Assembly: GCF_001194135.2 (NCBI RefSeq)
Contig: NC_068987.1
Location: 18,326,804-18,390,803 of the forward strand
Length of the DNA stretch: 64,000 nt
From: Octopus bimaculoides
Taxonomy: Eukaryota
Reading direction: 5' to 3'
Part shown: positions 52,490 through 63,718 of the stretch, in pieces
Position numbering within the stretch: the first letter of the stretch is position 1
Layout of the letters: the number at the start of each line of letters is the position of its first letter
Position numbers and translations under genes: made by a program
Notes under the pieces: model-generated
The model's database searches: none
Told to the model about the DNA's origin: nothing
The model's input: only the letters and a program-made list of their open reading frames with translations

Positions 52490-52682
52490 CAGTAATTCCT
52501 CGACTATCACAAGTGTTACATTCCAAAACCTCCCACAGAAATAATTAAAATCTAAAAAAATATAAATACCTATGACTGCAGAAACCCCCGTGATATACTG
52601 AGGAGTCCACAATATAAATTTACATATATTAGCCAGAAAAATCTGCGATGTACTGAGTGCACGATATGGTGAGGGATTACTG
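52490..52682. mobile_element. pogo/Tigger-like MITE
   Basis: Termini CAGTAATTCCTCG...GAGGGATTACTG within a TA-rich microsatellite. Confidence 0.65.
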
Positions 52683-53173
52683 TATATATATATATATATA
52701 TGATGGACTCCACAAGTTTTTCATCTACCAAATTCACTCACTGGTCAGCATTGGTCAGTCCAGGGCTGTAACAGAAAGCACTTGCCCAAGGTGCCACACA
52801 GTAGGACTGGACCCAAAATTACATAACAAAGGAAGCTTCTTAACCACACAGACATGCAAACAGTTGTAAAACTGACAAGTGCTTTGTTGACTTAGCCACC
52901 CCTATTTTCAAACTGACCATACCATAGCTTCAAGAGGATTTCCCTGACATATTCTTACTTCTATCCTTTTTACTGGTTTCAATCATTGGAATGCAGCCAC
53001 ACAGGGGCAAGGGGAAAGGGCTACTACCTTTAATGGTTTTAGCTGATTATATATCTACTTCAGTACTTCGAATATTTGTTTTAGCAACATCAGCAAGGGG
53101 AAGAATGAAGTTGATGAAGCACAAAAGGGAGGCATCTGAAGCAAATGGATATGTATGCGTGCCTACATATTTG

Positions 53174-53297
53174 CAGGATGTCCACAAAGTCTGGGTACAT
53201 GGGGATTAACACATACTTTAAGAAATTATTATTTCTTATATTTAATTGTTTATGTTATTTTGTTTACTCCATGTACCCAGACCTTGTGGACACCCTG
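53174..53297. mobile_element. Tc1-like MITE (124 bp)
   Basis: TIRs CAGGATGTCCACAAAGTCTGGGTACATGG / CCATGTACCCAGACCTTGTGGACACCCTG, with TA on the 3' side. Confidence 0.8.
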
Positions 53298-53330
53298 TAT
53301 ATATACATACATACATACATACATGCATAC

Positions 53331-53738
53331 ATGCAGTTATTCTATCCAGATTACAAATTCAGGTTTATACCTGTAATTATTGGGGCACGGGGTTATGTAA
53401 CACACTGCCTAAATATCAATCTTGAGAAATTTGGCTTCTTAAAACCAGAAAAGAGAAAGCTGATTCGAAGACTACAGGTCCATTCCATCACTGGAACTGT
53501 AAAAAATCTGTAAAACTTTCCAGAACTTTATCATTTAAGTATATATGAGCATGTCTAGATATGCAGGTATATGCATGAGAACACATACATAAAACAAAAC
53601 TTACAAATCTGCACATATACATACATACAAAAATAGCTTGTTTTTGATGTTGAAATTCCAATGAAGGAGCCTTGGATCCAGGTTAAAAACCAGCTCTTTC
53701 TCCATTGGCAAGAAATCTTGAAATAAAACTGAATAAAG
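53331..53738 (+). mobile_element. 5'-truncated non-LTR retrotransposon 3' end with restriction-like-endonuclease C-terminus (R4/Dong/NeSL-like)
   Basis: Peptide QLFYPDYKFRFIPVIIGARGYVTHCLNINLEKFGFLKPEKRKLIRRLQVHSITGTVK/ICKTFQNFII* (one frameshift) resembles the RLE-clade terminal motif (IP.IIGALG...LQ..I.GT..I.K.F). A 3' UTR with AATAAA follows. Both sides are flanked by (CATA)n. Confidence 0.7.
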
Positions 53739-54225
53739 ACATACATACGTACGTACGTACATACATACATACATACAGCTTTGACAGCTTGTGTCTATCA
53801 AATCTCACTCTGAAGGCTTTAGTCAAGCCAAAGCTATTGTAGAAGACATTTAACCAATGTTCCACACAGCAGGATCAAATCCCAGATCACACAGCCATAT
53901 CTTAACTGTAAACAAAGTCTTTATTGATAGCCTGTGTCCAATCAATAGGTTATGCAACTCTTACAATGGAATGGAGGCATGATACTGCCTTGCCTCTAGA
54001 ACTCCGGTTTACACATCAATATTAGTCAATGGGTTGATTTATTTGTTTGTTTTATATACTAACTAATGGGATTAACTTTATTGTAACTAGTAGAATAGTG
54101 TAACGAATAGGACTAATTAGAATATGTGTGTGTACAATAGCTAGTCTTTCTGTCTTTCTCTCACATACATACACGTAGGCATTTTCTATTTTTCTTTTAC
54201 ATATCTACACACAGATACTCTTTGA

Positions 54226-54262
<37 letters not shown>

Positions 54263-55914
54263 NNNNNNNNNNGTATGTATATATATATGTGTGTACATGT
54301 ATATGTATGTATATATATATGTGTGTGTACATGTATATGTATGTATATATGTGTGCGTACATGTATATGTATGTGTATATATGTGTCTGTATATATATTA
54401 CGCTGTATGTAACCAATTTATCTTTCTACTTGTTCTATATATGTATGTATATATATATGTGTATGTATAATTTGATAAGTGCCAACGCACAAAACTCTTG
54501 GACCTTGAGTCATTCTGTTACTTCTAAATAGTAATAAAAACGTGTGGGTGTATATATATATATATATATCAAATACACGTACACGCATACATAGGATCCT
54601 TCCTTCTTCCCTCTTTCTCTTACATACACACACGTGCTTGCACATATACACATACAGGCACAATCCTCTCTATCTCCAACTATACGTGTATGTGTTATGT
54701 ATGCATGTATAATGATGCTAAAATGCCTGGTTATTGATTGCACATGCAAACATAGATATGCATAGATATAAAAGGTGGCGTTTGAATGTTTAAATATCGA
54801 TTTCTTTTAACTTGGCACTGGACCATCTTATGTAATGAAGGTCGCGGGGGTGGGGGAGGTCGAGTGTGGTGGCGGTGGTGGGTGTGGGTGACATGGGTGA
54901 AATGGTCGGCGGTGGGGAGAGATGCAAGGGCAATGGTTGACTTCATTGACCTCAATATGGCTACATCTACATCAGTGGCTTCTGAACTCAGAATGTATTT
55001 CGAAGAAACAGAATATATTGAAGCATTTCTTCCAACACCCTGTTGTTTCTGCCAGCGCTTTGCCATTCCTAGTACCACCCGTACACTCACACACACACAC
55101 ACATTCACTCTCTCTCTTTCTTTCTCATGCACACTCTTTCTCACCCCTCTATATCTGTGTGCGTGTGCATATGCATGTATTTATGTAATTGTACATCTTT
55201 ATATCTGTATATGTATATAATGTATGTGTGTGTGTGTATGTATGTATCCTTAAACAAACACATATTTATACACTTATGATATACACGTACGTGCCTACAT
55301 ATTCACTCATCACACACACATTCATGTATATGCATATATACAGCTATATAGTATTGTTTTAAAGTTTAACTATCGGTACACATATACACACACACAGTCT
55401 CTCTTTTCATTATACACCTACACACACACATTCTCTCCACAAATATGAAAACACACACACACACATTACACTTCACTACACTACACTCATGCTATTCAAT
55501 GCTGTTTTAATGCTTTAAGTATTTGTATGTAGACTTACAAACCCACTCACATACCTCGCCCCCTCTCTCTATCTCTCTTTCTGTACCTCTCACTTTCCCT
55601 CTCCCACATACATACAAACACTCAGAGCATTGTCTAAATGTTTAAACTTCCCTCTCTTTATCAGATCAATACATTGCTTATTGGATCAGCTAGTTGGCTT
55701 TCTTGGATTGACAAACAAGCTCACTATTGATCCCCTACCAACTGTTGTTTTTCTACTCTGAGAACTGGAAATTACTCCAGTAATGTGTTGCAACGTTGCA
55801 AAAAAAAAAAGAATTTACACAATTCTACATATTCTAGTGCAGGGATTCCCAAACATTTTCTTCTGATGTGCCTCTTCATCATGACCGGACAGCAACAGTA
55901 TATCTCATGTGAAT

Positions 55915-56305
55915 GTTGTTGTTGTTGGCACTCCGTCGCTTACTACGTCAAGGGTTCCAGTTGATCCGATCAACGGAACAGCCTGCTCGTGAAATTAACG
56001 TGCAAATGGCTGAGCACTCCACAGACACATGTACCCTTAACGTAGTTCTCGGGGATATTCAGCGTGACACAGTGTGACAAGGCTGACCCTTTGAATTACA
56101 GGCACAACAGAAACAGGAAGTAAGAGTGAGAGAAAGTTGTGGTGAAAGAGTACAGCAGGGTTCGCCACCATCCCCTGCCGGAGCTTCGTGGAGCTTTTAG
56201 GTGTTTTCGCTCAATAAACACTCACAACGCCTGGTCTGGGAATCGAAACCGCGATCCTATGACCGCGAGTCCGCTGCCCTAACCACTGGGCCATTGCACC
56301 TCCAC
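55915..56305 (-). mobile_element. SINE family C, full length, with (CAA)n tail
   Basis: 13-bp TSD atctcatgtgaat at 55902-55914 and 56306-56318. Confidence 0.9.
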
Positions 56306-56809
56306 ATCTCATGTGAATAATGTAGTATAAAAGGATTAGAAGAGACAGTAGGCATTTATTATCTGTCATTGACTGGTGCCACGTAAAAAGCACTTGTGCC
56401 AGTTCCACATAAAAGCACTCAGCACCACACACTAAAGTGGTTGGCATTAGGAAGGGCACCCAGTCATAGAAACCAAGCCAAATCAGACTGGAACCTGGGG
56501 CAGCTGTCCAGTTTGCAAGCTCCAGTCAAACCATCCAACCCATATTAGCATGCAAAAAGAGACATTAAAGGATGACGATGACGATGATGATGACGACGAC
56601 GATGATGATGATGATGACGACGATGATGATGATGACGATAATGACCATCATGATGGTGATGATGATGATGATGACAATGAGGATGATCTCCTTTAGGCAC
56701 TAAATGCTATCACTAAACTTGTTGCAGAGATTTACACCTGAATAAGCTAAAATGTCTAATACAAGATTCAAATATTTCCTAGTTTCATTTATTTGTTTTT
56801 TTTCCTTAT

Positions 56810-57618
56810 NNNNNNNNNNNNNNNNNNNNNNNNNNNNNNNNNNNNNNNNNNNNNNNNNNNNNNNNNNNNNNNNNNNNNNNNNNNNNNNNNNNNNNNNNNN
56901 NNNNNNNNNNNNNNNNNNNNNNNNNNNNNNNNNNNNNNNNNNNNNNNNNNNNNNNNNNNNNNNNNNNNNNNNNNNNNNNNNNNNNNNNNNNNNNNNNNNN
57001 NNNNNNNNNNNNNNNNNNNNNNNNNNNNNNNNNNNNNNNNNNNNNNNNNNNNNNNNNNNNNNNNNNNNNNNNNNNNNNNNNNNNNNNNNNNNNNNNNNNN
57101 NNNNNNNNNNNNNNNNNNNNNNNNNNNNNNNNNNNNNNNNNNNNNNNNNNNNNNNNNNNNNNNNNNNNNNNNNNNNNNNNNNNNNNNNNNNNNNNNNNNN
57201 NNNNNNNNNNNNNNNNNNNNNNNNNNNNNNNNNNNNNNNNNNNNNNNNNNNNNNNNNNNNNNNNNNNNNNNNNNNNNNNNNNNNNNNNNNNNNNNNNNNN
57301 NNNNNNNNNNNNNNNNNNNNNNNNNNNNNNNNNNNNNNNNNNNNNNNNNNNNNNNNNNNNNNNNNNNNNNNNNNNNNNNNNNNNNNNNNNNNNNNNNNNN
57401 NNNNNNNNNNNNNNNNNNNNNNNNNNNNNNNNNNNNNNNNNNNNNNNNNNNNNNNNNNNNNNNNNNNNNNNNNNNNNNNNNNNNNNNNNNNNNNNNNNNN
57501 NNNNNNNNNNNNNNNNNNNNNNNNNNNNNNNNNNNNNNNNNNNNNNNNNNNNNNNNNNNNNNNNNNNNNNNNNNNNNNNNNNNNNNNNNNNNNNNNNNNN
57601 NNNNNNNNNNNNNNNNNN
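56810..57618. other. Assembly gap (N-run). Others: 1951-2071, 10829-10838, 14832-14841, 22078-22087, 42489-42599, 44097-44660, 54263-54272
   Basis: Runs of N, mostly beside microsatellites or homopolymers. Confidence 0.99.
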
Positions 57619-57905
57619 ATGTAATTGACTTAATCCCTTTGTCTGTCCTTGTTTGTCCCCACTGTGTTTAGCCCCTTGTGGGCAATAAAGAAATAAGAAA
57701 CATTAGCACACTGGGTGAAATGCTTAGCGGTATTTCATCTGTCTTTACGTTCTGAGTTCAAATTCCACCAAGGTTGACTTTGCCTTTCATTCTTTTGGGG
57801 GTTGATAAAATAAGTACCAGCTGAGCCCTGATAATACTTGTCTTCTTTTCAGAAAGAACTTTAAATGTTGTACTTCACACCCACACATTCAAATACATTC
57901 CTTTT

Positions 57906-58195
57906 CATCATCATCATCATCATCGTTTAACGTCCGCTTTCCATGCTAGCATGGGTTGGACGATTTGACTGAGGACTGGTAAACCGGATGGCTGCACCAG
58001 GCTCCCATCTGATCTGGCAGACTTTCTACAGCTGGATGCCCTTCCTAACGCCAACCACTCCAAGAGTGTAGTGGGAGCTTTTTATGTGCCACTGGCACAG
58101 GAGCCAGTCATGCAGTCTTGGTATTAATCACATTCGGATAGTGCTTTTTACATGCTACCAGCAAAGGAGCCAGTTGGGGCACTGGCATCAACCAC
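57906..58195 (-). mobile_element. RTE-type 3' UTR copy. Related copies lie near 9699-9900, 14187-14320(+), 27830-28230, 29130-29370(+), 31158-31280(+), 36625-37100, 39430-39660(+), 50155-50298, 50925-51078 and 56372-56690(+)
   Basis: Recurrent catcatcgtttaacgtccgctttccatgctagcatgggttggacg...gtttctacagctggatgcccttcctaacgccaacc sequence, also found attached to the RTE remnant at 7266-7980. Confidence 0.8.
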
Positions 58196-58235
58196 ACACA
58201 CACACACATATATATTTATATATATATATATATAG

Positions 58236-58302
<67 letters not shown>

Positions 58303-59076
58303 GTGTGTGTGTGTAAGGCCTTGTAGTACACTCAGTACAATGTCAGCAGCAATTCAGATCTGCAATTTGGTTTTAAAATCTGTTTCATTTATTTTATTTC
58401 TCTTGATTTAGGTCTTTCAGAGAAAGAAGCATGGCGACACAGTCTCATTTCCCCCTCCCCTTTACATTTGAAACTTTTCAATATTGCTCTGTAAAAAAAA
58501 AAAAATTTTTTCTGGGTTCCCTTCTATTCTACCAATCTCCTTAATCATGAGTCATTTGTCATGTTTGTCATGTCAAAAGGTCATTAAAAACCCTACATCA
58601 TGCTACTGTATTTAATTTTTGAGTGTTTTGTTTGTTTTGTTTGCTTTGTTTTTTTTATGCCAGACAGCAAGTTTTAGTGTTTTTCTTATCAAACATTTGA
58701 TGTCAGCTACAGGCCTTGATAATTGTAAAGAGCTTTTAAACAACAACAATCTTTTCAAGATTCTTTGGAAAAATCTAAATCTTGTTCAAGCTTGTCCAAA
58801 TTCACATTATACTGTTTTAATTAGGTTTCGTAATAATGACCTAGTGTTCTCAATTAATGTTAACAGTTCTTAATGTTGTCCTTGTTGAATATTTTATTTA
58901 TTATTTGCAATTGGCGAAGATAGCCTCAAAGGTTTCATGGTTTCCAAGAATGCTACCGTTCACTGTTTCATTGCATTTCTGATGGTGACAGTGACAAGTG
59001 AGGGTCACCGACTACAATTTCTTAACTAAGTTTATGCCATGGCCATTTTATATTAGTAAAAGTTATAGACAGACGT

Positions 59077-59117
<41 letters not shown>

Positions 59118-59153
59118 CGCACGCATGTTAAAGTTTGTTTTTATGTCAAGTTA

Positions 59154-59555
59154 TACTCTTTTACTTGTTTCAGTCATTTGACTGTGGCCATGCTGGAGCA
59201 CCGCCTTTAGTCGAGAAAATCAACCCCAGGACTTATTCTTTGTAAGCCTAGTACTTATTCTATCGGTCTCTTTTGCCGAACCGCTAAGTCACGGGGATGT
59301 AAACACACCAGCATCGGTTGTCAAGCGATGTTGTGGGGGACAAACACAAACACACAAACACACACACACACACACACATATATACACATATACAACGGGT
59401 TTCTTTCAGTTTCCGTCTACCAAATCCACTCACAAGGCTTTGGTCGGGCTGAGGTTATAGTAGAAGACACTTGCCCAAGGTTCCACGCAGTGGGACTGAA
59501 CCCAGAACCATGTGGTTGGTAAGCAAGCTACTTACCACACAGCCACTCCTACGCC
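59154..59555 (-). mobile_element. tRNA-derived SINE, family A, full length
   Basis: Closely matches 9291-9693. Confidence 0.9.
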
Positions 59556-59772
59556 TATATATAGAAACAATTTAATATCAAACTAAAGGATAATCTTTCA
59601 TAGTATATGTGTTTATCAAACTTCACTTTCCCTGTTGACTTTTATAGTATATCTAGGATATAATTTGAGAAAACTTTGCTATAACTACCAGGTCAAGTTA
59701 CCTTTTAGGGTGTCCCTGATTGGCTTTCAGACAATAAGAAGTTGATTTGTAAGGGGGGACTTACTTGCCATG

Positions 59773-60514
59773 TAGCAGACCAACTGGCCTGCTCTTATGT
59801 TGGTAGCAGACCAACTGGCCTGCTCTTATGTTGGTAGCAGATCAACTGGTCTGCACAAATACTGTTAGCAGATCAATTGGCCCGCTCATATACTGGTAGC
59901 AGATCAACTGGTCTGCACGAATACTAGTAGCAGATCAACTGGCCTGCTCATATACTGGTAGCGGATCAACTGGTCTGCACGAATACTAGTAGCAGATCAA
60001 CTGGCCTGCTCATATACTGGTAGCAGATCAACTGGTCTGCTCATATACTGGTAGCAGATCAACTGGTCTGCACGAATACTAGTAGCAGATCAACTGGCCT
60101 GCTCATATACTGGTAGCAGATCAACTGGTCTGCTCATATACTGGTAGCAGATCAACTGGTCTGCACGAATACTAGTAGCAGATCAACTGGCCTGCTCATA
60201 TACTGGTAGCAGATCAACTGGTCTGCTCATATACTGGTAGCAGATCAACTGGTCTGCACGAATACTAGTAGCAGATCAACTGGCCCGCTCATATACTGGT
60301 AGCAGATCAACTGGTCTGCTCATATACTGGTAGCAGATCAACTGGTCTGCACGAATACTAGTAGCAGATCAACTGGTCTGCTCGTATACTGGTAGTGGAT
60401 TAACTGGTCTGCTCGTATACTGGTAGTGGATTAACTGGTCTGCTCGTATACTGGTAGCAGATCAACTGGCCTGCATGAATACTGGTAGTAGATCAGCTGG
60501 CCTGCTCATATACT
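59773..60514. repeat. Minisatellite: 24 copies of a 31-bp unit TAGCAGATCAACTGG(T/C)CTGC(T/A)C(AT/GA)ATACT(G/A)G
   Basis: Units enumerated directly at exact 31-bp spacing. Each contains the inverted repeat AGCAGA(T/C)C-AACT-GG(T/C)CTGC(T). Variant units recur as a 3-unit (93-bp) higher-order repeat. Confidence 0.97.
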
Positions 60515-62039
60515 TTCACTAGTTATATATGAGGATGAAGCCAAAATAAGGCAGAAACATATTTGAAGTTGTATCTGATATTTTCTGGGAAAAAAGAAGA
60601 AAAAAATCATTAGCCATCAACTAATATTATTGATTTTTATAATGTCATATTTTTTCAAACTGCATATTTTATTGTACTTAAACTTTTTAATGTTCCACAC
60701 ATTAAATATATTAACATTTATGCAGCTAACGTTGTTTATACAGATGGTATCTCTGGAATTATTTAATGTCTGCAGTTTTTATAGTTAACCTGTAAATTGT
60801 CAATTTATTTCTGTGTGAGAGTATGCAATTTTGCCACTGTAATCATCAAATAGTTGCAACATAATTTGACTTGTACATTGTCGAATATGTTACATAAGCA
60901 TTCAATTCATGTCTCTACTGAATATGCCATAAAATATTTCTGGCATTGTGTCAAACTGAGAATTTATATTTAACATGTGTGATTGTATGGTTAAGAAGTT
61001 TGCTTCCCAACTACATGGTTTCAGGTTCAGTCCCACTTAGTGGCACCCTGAGAGAGTGTCTTTCACAATAGCCCGAAGCTCCGCAACCTTTTTTCACTTG
61101 CGGTGCACTTATATTCTTTTCAAAATTTGGCGGCACACCTAAACTAAAAATATAACTAAAAATATAGGGGAAAAATTATGTTCAGGTTAAACTGTGGCAC
61201 ACATAGCATCATCTCGTGGCATACCAGTTGCAGAGCATTGCTATAGCTTATAGAAACTGAAAGAAACCCATTGTGTGTGTGTGTGCGTGTGCAGATGTGG
61301 CTGTCTCATTAAGAAGCTTACTTCCCAACCATGTAGTCTTGGGTTCAGTCCTGCCTGGGGAAATGTCTTCTACTATAGCTCCAGGCCAAGCAAAACCTTA
61401 TGAGTGTATTTGGTAAATAGAAACTGAAAGAAACTTGTATTTATGTGTGTGTGGTCATAATAGTTTACCATCAGTTTTTATTTTAACTCAGAGACTTTTC
61501 TCTTTCTTTTGCCATATTATAATGTTCGAGAACTTTTCAAAGTTTTGCATACATTTTCATTCCATTATATCTTTTACATTTCCAGACTTTTCTTTCTTTT
61601 TTTTTTATGCTGTTGTTGTTACAACTAGTTCCATTGTGTCCATATTTGGTACTTTTTCCTGCTTTCAAAAATACACATTCTGATAACCAATCAATCATTG
61701 GTCAAGTTTGATTGATATTGTGTGAGTGACCATCCATATTGATGCCAAAAATCATGCATGCTTCAGACAAAAGGTATGTGTGAGTGTGTGTTTGCAAGTA
61801 TATATGTGTGTGTGTGTATAGGTATATATTAGAGAGGTGGGGAGACAGACAGATATGTGTATTCTCTTGCTAACTCTGTTCAGAGGACTGTGATCATGCT
61901 GGAGCATAATATTTTTATATCAAACAGTGAAGCTTACTATTTTTCATATCAGATGACGTTTTAATCTGTGCTTAACATAACCACCATCCTGTCCTCAACC
62001 ATATACATTAAAAATTGGTTTTTCAAAGAAGAATATCTT

Positions 62040-62130
62040 ATTACCCTCAAACGACATCTGGACAGATTCCTTTGAGGGATACCAGACAAAGCACTTGTAC
62101 CTGCAGTCGTGTATATATATGGCTGCATGG
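62040..62130 (+). mobile_element. CR1-group LINE ORF2 C-terminal remnant
   Basis: LKRHLDRFL*GIPDKALVPA resembles the CR1-like terminal motif FK..LD.FL..IPD.P. Confidence 0.45.
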
Positions 62131-62326
62131 GCTACATTTTCAAACATCTACGAGGAGAGGTTTCTCCCAGGACTGTCTCTCAGCACAGAGTCTTCTCCCA
62201 TATGAGTGCTCTCGAGTGTGTTAAGTGTGACTTTGTGCAGATATATTTCGTTCAACACTGCTTTACGTGACATTTTAGTATACACAGACATATATGTATA
62301 CACACACACACACACATATACCCATA

Positions 62327-62539
62327 AGGCAATGAGCTGGCAGAAACATTAGCACGCCGGGCAAAATACTGCTACGTTCAGAGTTCAAATTCTGCCGAGG
62401 TCGACTTTGCTTTTCATCCTTTTGGGGTCGATTAAATAAGTATCAGTTATGGACTGGGGTCGATATAATCGACTTAATTCGTTTTTCTGTCCTTGTTTGT
62501 CCTCTCTGTGTGTAGCCCCTTGTGGGTAGTAAAGAAATA
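62327..62539 (+). mobile_element. SINE family B (long-tail form)
   Basis: 15-bp TSD acacatatac(c/t)cata at 62312-62326 and 62540-62554. Confidence 0.87.
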
Positions 62540-62593
62540 ACACATATACTCATACATTTTATTCCTTCATTTCATTTTACACGAGAAATATTG

Positions 62594-62637
62594 ATAGTGA
62601 CTTCAAAGTTTCGGTTCAGTTGCCTTCATCAGACTAT
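62594..62637 (-). ncRNA. Minimal type-I hammerhead ribozyme motif (Penelope-like-element type, near-palindromic stem III)
   Basis: Minus strand reads ATAGT-CTGATGA-A-GG-CAACTGAA-CC-GAAA-C-TTTGAA-GT-C-ACTAT. Both core boxes are intact, stem I is 5 bp (ATAGT/ACTAT), stem II is GG/CC, the cleavage triplet is GUC (C17 = 62599), and stem III ACTTTGAAGT is one base from the palindrome ACTTCGAAGT. Confidence 0.7.
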
Positions 62638-63359
62638 ATGCCAAAGATAACTAAGCTGAAATTTTGAAGTCACTGTCAACTTTTTTTTTTTTTTTTTGTG
62701 GCAATAAAATCAATGATACTTTACTTAAATCTATTGAGTGAGCCTTCAATTAATGTGTTTTGCACATCGCAAATATATATATGTGTGTGAGCATATATGT
62801 ATATATGTATGTGTTATGTATGTATATATGTATATATATGTATGATTATATACATATATATGTATGTACGTATATGTATAGATGTATGTATGTATATATA
62901 TATATGTAGGGACGTATGTATGTATATATGCAAGTATGTATATGTGTGTGTGTGTATGTATATATATATATATAGTCAATTAAATATAAAAGTATACCCC
63001 TGTTTCTTTATATCTGTCAATGTCTTGTTTTGCATTCAATATCATTCAACTATGGTTTGTTGAACAGTATTTCTGCATCGCTTCAACTTTATTCACTTGC
63101 TACTTACCTGTAATTATTGCACCTGCATTTTTTTCTTTTCTTTTTTTTTTCTATTTCTGCTTTTTCCGTTATTTGTTTTTTGGGGTTTTTTTTGTTTTTG
63201 TTTTTCATTATTTTCATTTTGTTTTCATTTATTTATTTATGTTTACTTGCATGACTTTGTTGTTCTTGTTGTCATTGCTGCTGCTGTCATTACCGCTGCT
63301 ACCTCTACCACCATCACAACCACCACCACCACCACTACTACTTTTATACTGATACACAG

Positions 63360-63419
63360 GTATCAGACGCAAAACTTTTTCAGGAGATGTCGTCGACTGT
63401 GACCAACTTAACGGAAAAA
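63360..63419 (+). CDS. ARFGAP1: Next internal coding exon (60 nt, phase 0/0) of ARFGAP1; start of ALPS2
   Basis: Branch-like TACTGAT, acceptor gatacacAG, donor AAA|GTAAGT. Translation VSDAKLFQEMSSTVTNLTEK aligns without gaps (20 aa) to human VKEGKIFDDVSSGVSQLASK, which directly follows the previous exon's peptide. Phases are compatible. Confidence 0.82.
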
Positions 63420-63718
63420 GTAAGTATCCCCCCCTCCCTAACCAAACACTATTGAATGGCTTCTTTTTCCTTTTTTTTTTTATCTTATTTGCTTTCTTGC
63501 CTGCTGTTTTCCCTACACCCTTAATTAATTTTTTTTATTTATCATTAATCACCTTTTATCTTTTTATTATTTTTTTTTTTGCGTTGTTTGTAAAACTAAT
63601 TGTTATTTTCTTTATAATTGTTTATCTATGTAACAACATATCTACTGCTATAAAACTAACATGTGTAGTTACTAAGCTAAGAAATAACTAAATTGATCAA
63701 AATTAATTAAATATATAT

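Larger units (their letters stand above)
23958..63359 (+). other. ARFGAP1: About 39.4-kb GT-AG intron of ARFGAP1
   Basis: Bounded by the two exons above, whose peptides are contiguous in the vertebrate protein. The size includes estimated N-gaps. Confidence 0.75.

Noticed and set aside
54731-55220. Overlapping 137-aa and 144-aa ORFs
   Set aside because: Built from a decayed minus-strand family B SINE plus microsatellites and G/T-rich simple sequence.
56570-56690. Possible poly-Asp coding tract (GAT/GAC)n
   Set aside because: It is the expanded (GAT)n tail of the RTE-type 3' end immediately upstream.
59773-60514. CRISPR array or coding tandem repeat
   Set aside because: Eukaryotic context, linkers are recurring variants rather than unique spacers, no cas genes, and stops in the reading frames.
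63102-63110. Perfect minus-strand donor CAG|GTAAGT
   Set aside because: The upstream minus-strand sequence is poly-A/low complexity, with no identifiable exon or acceptor.
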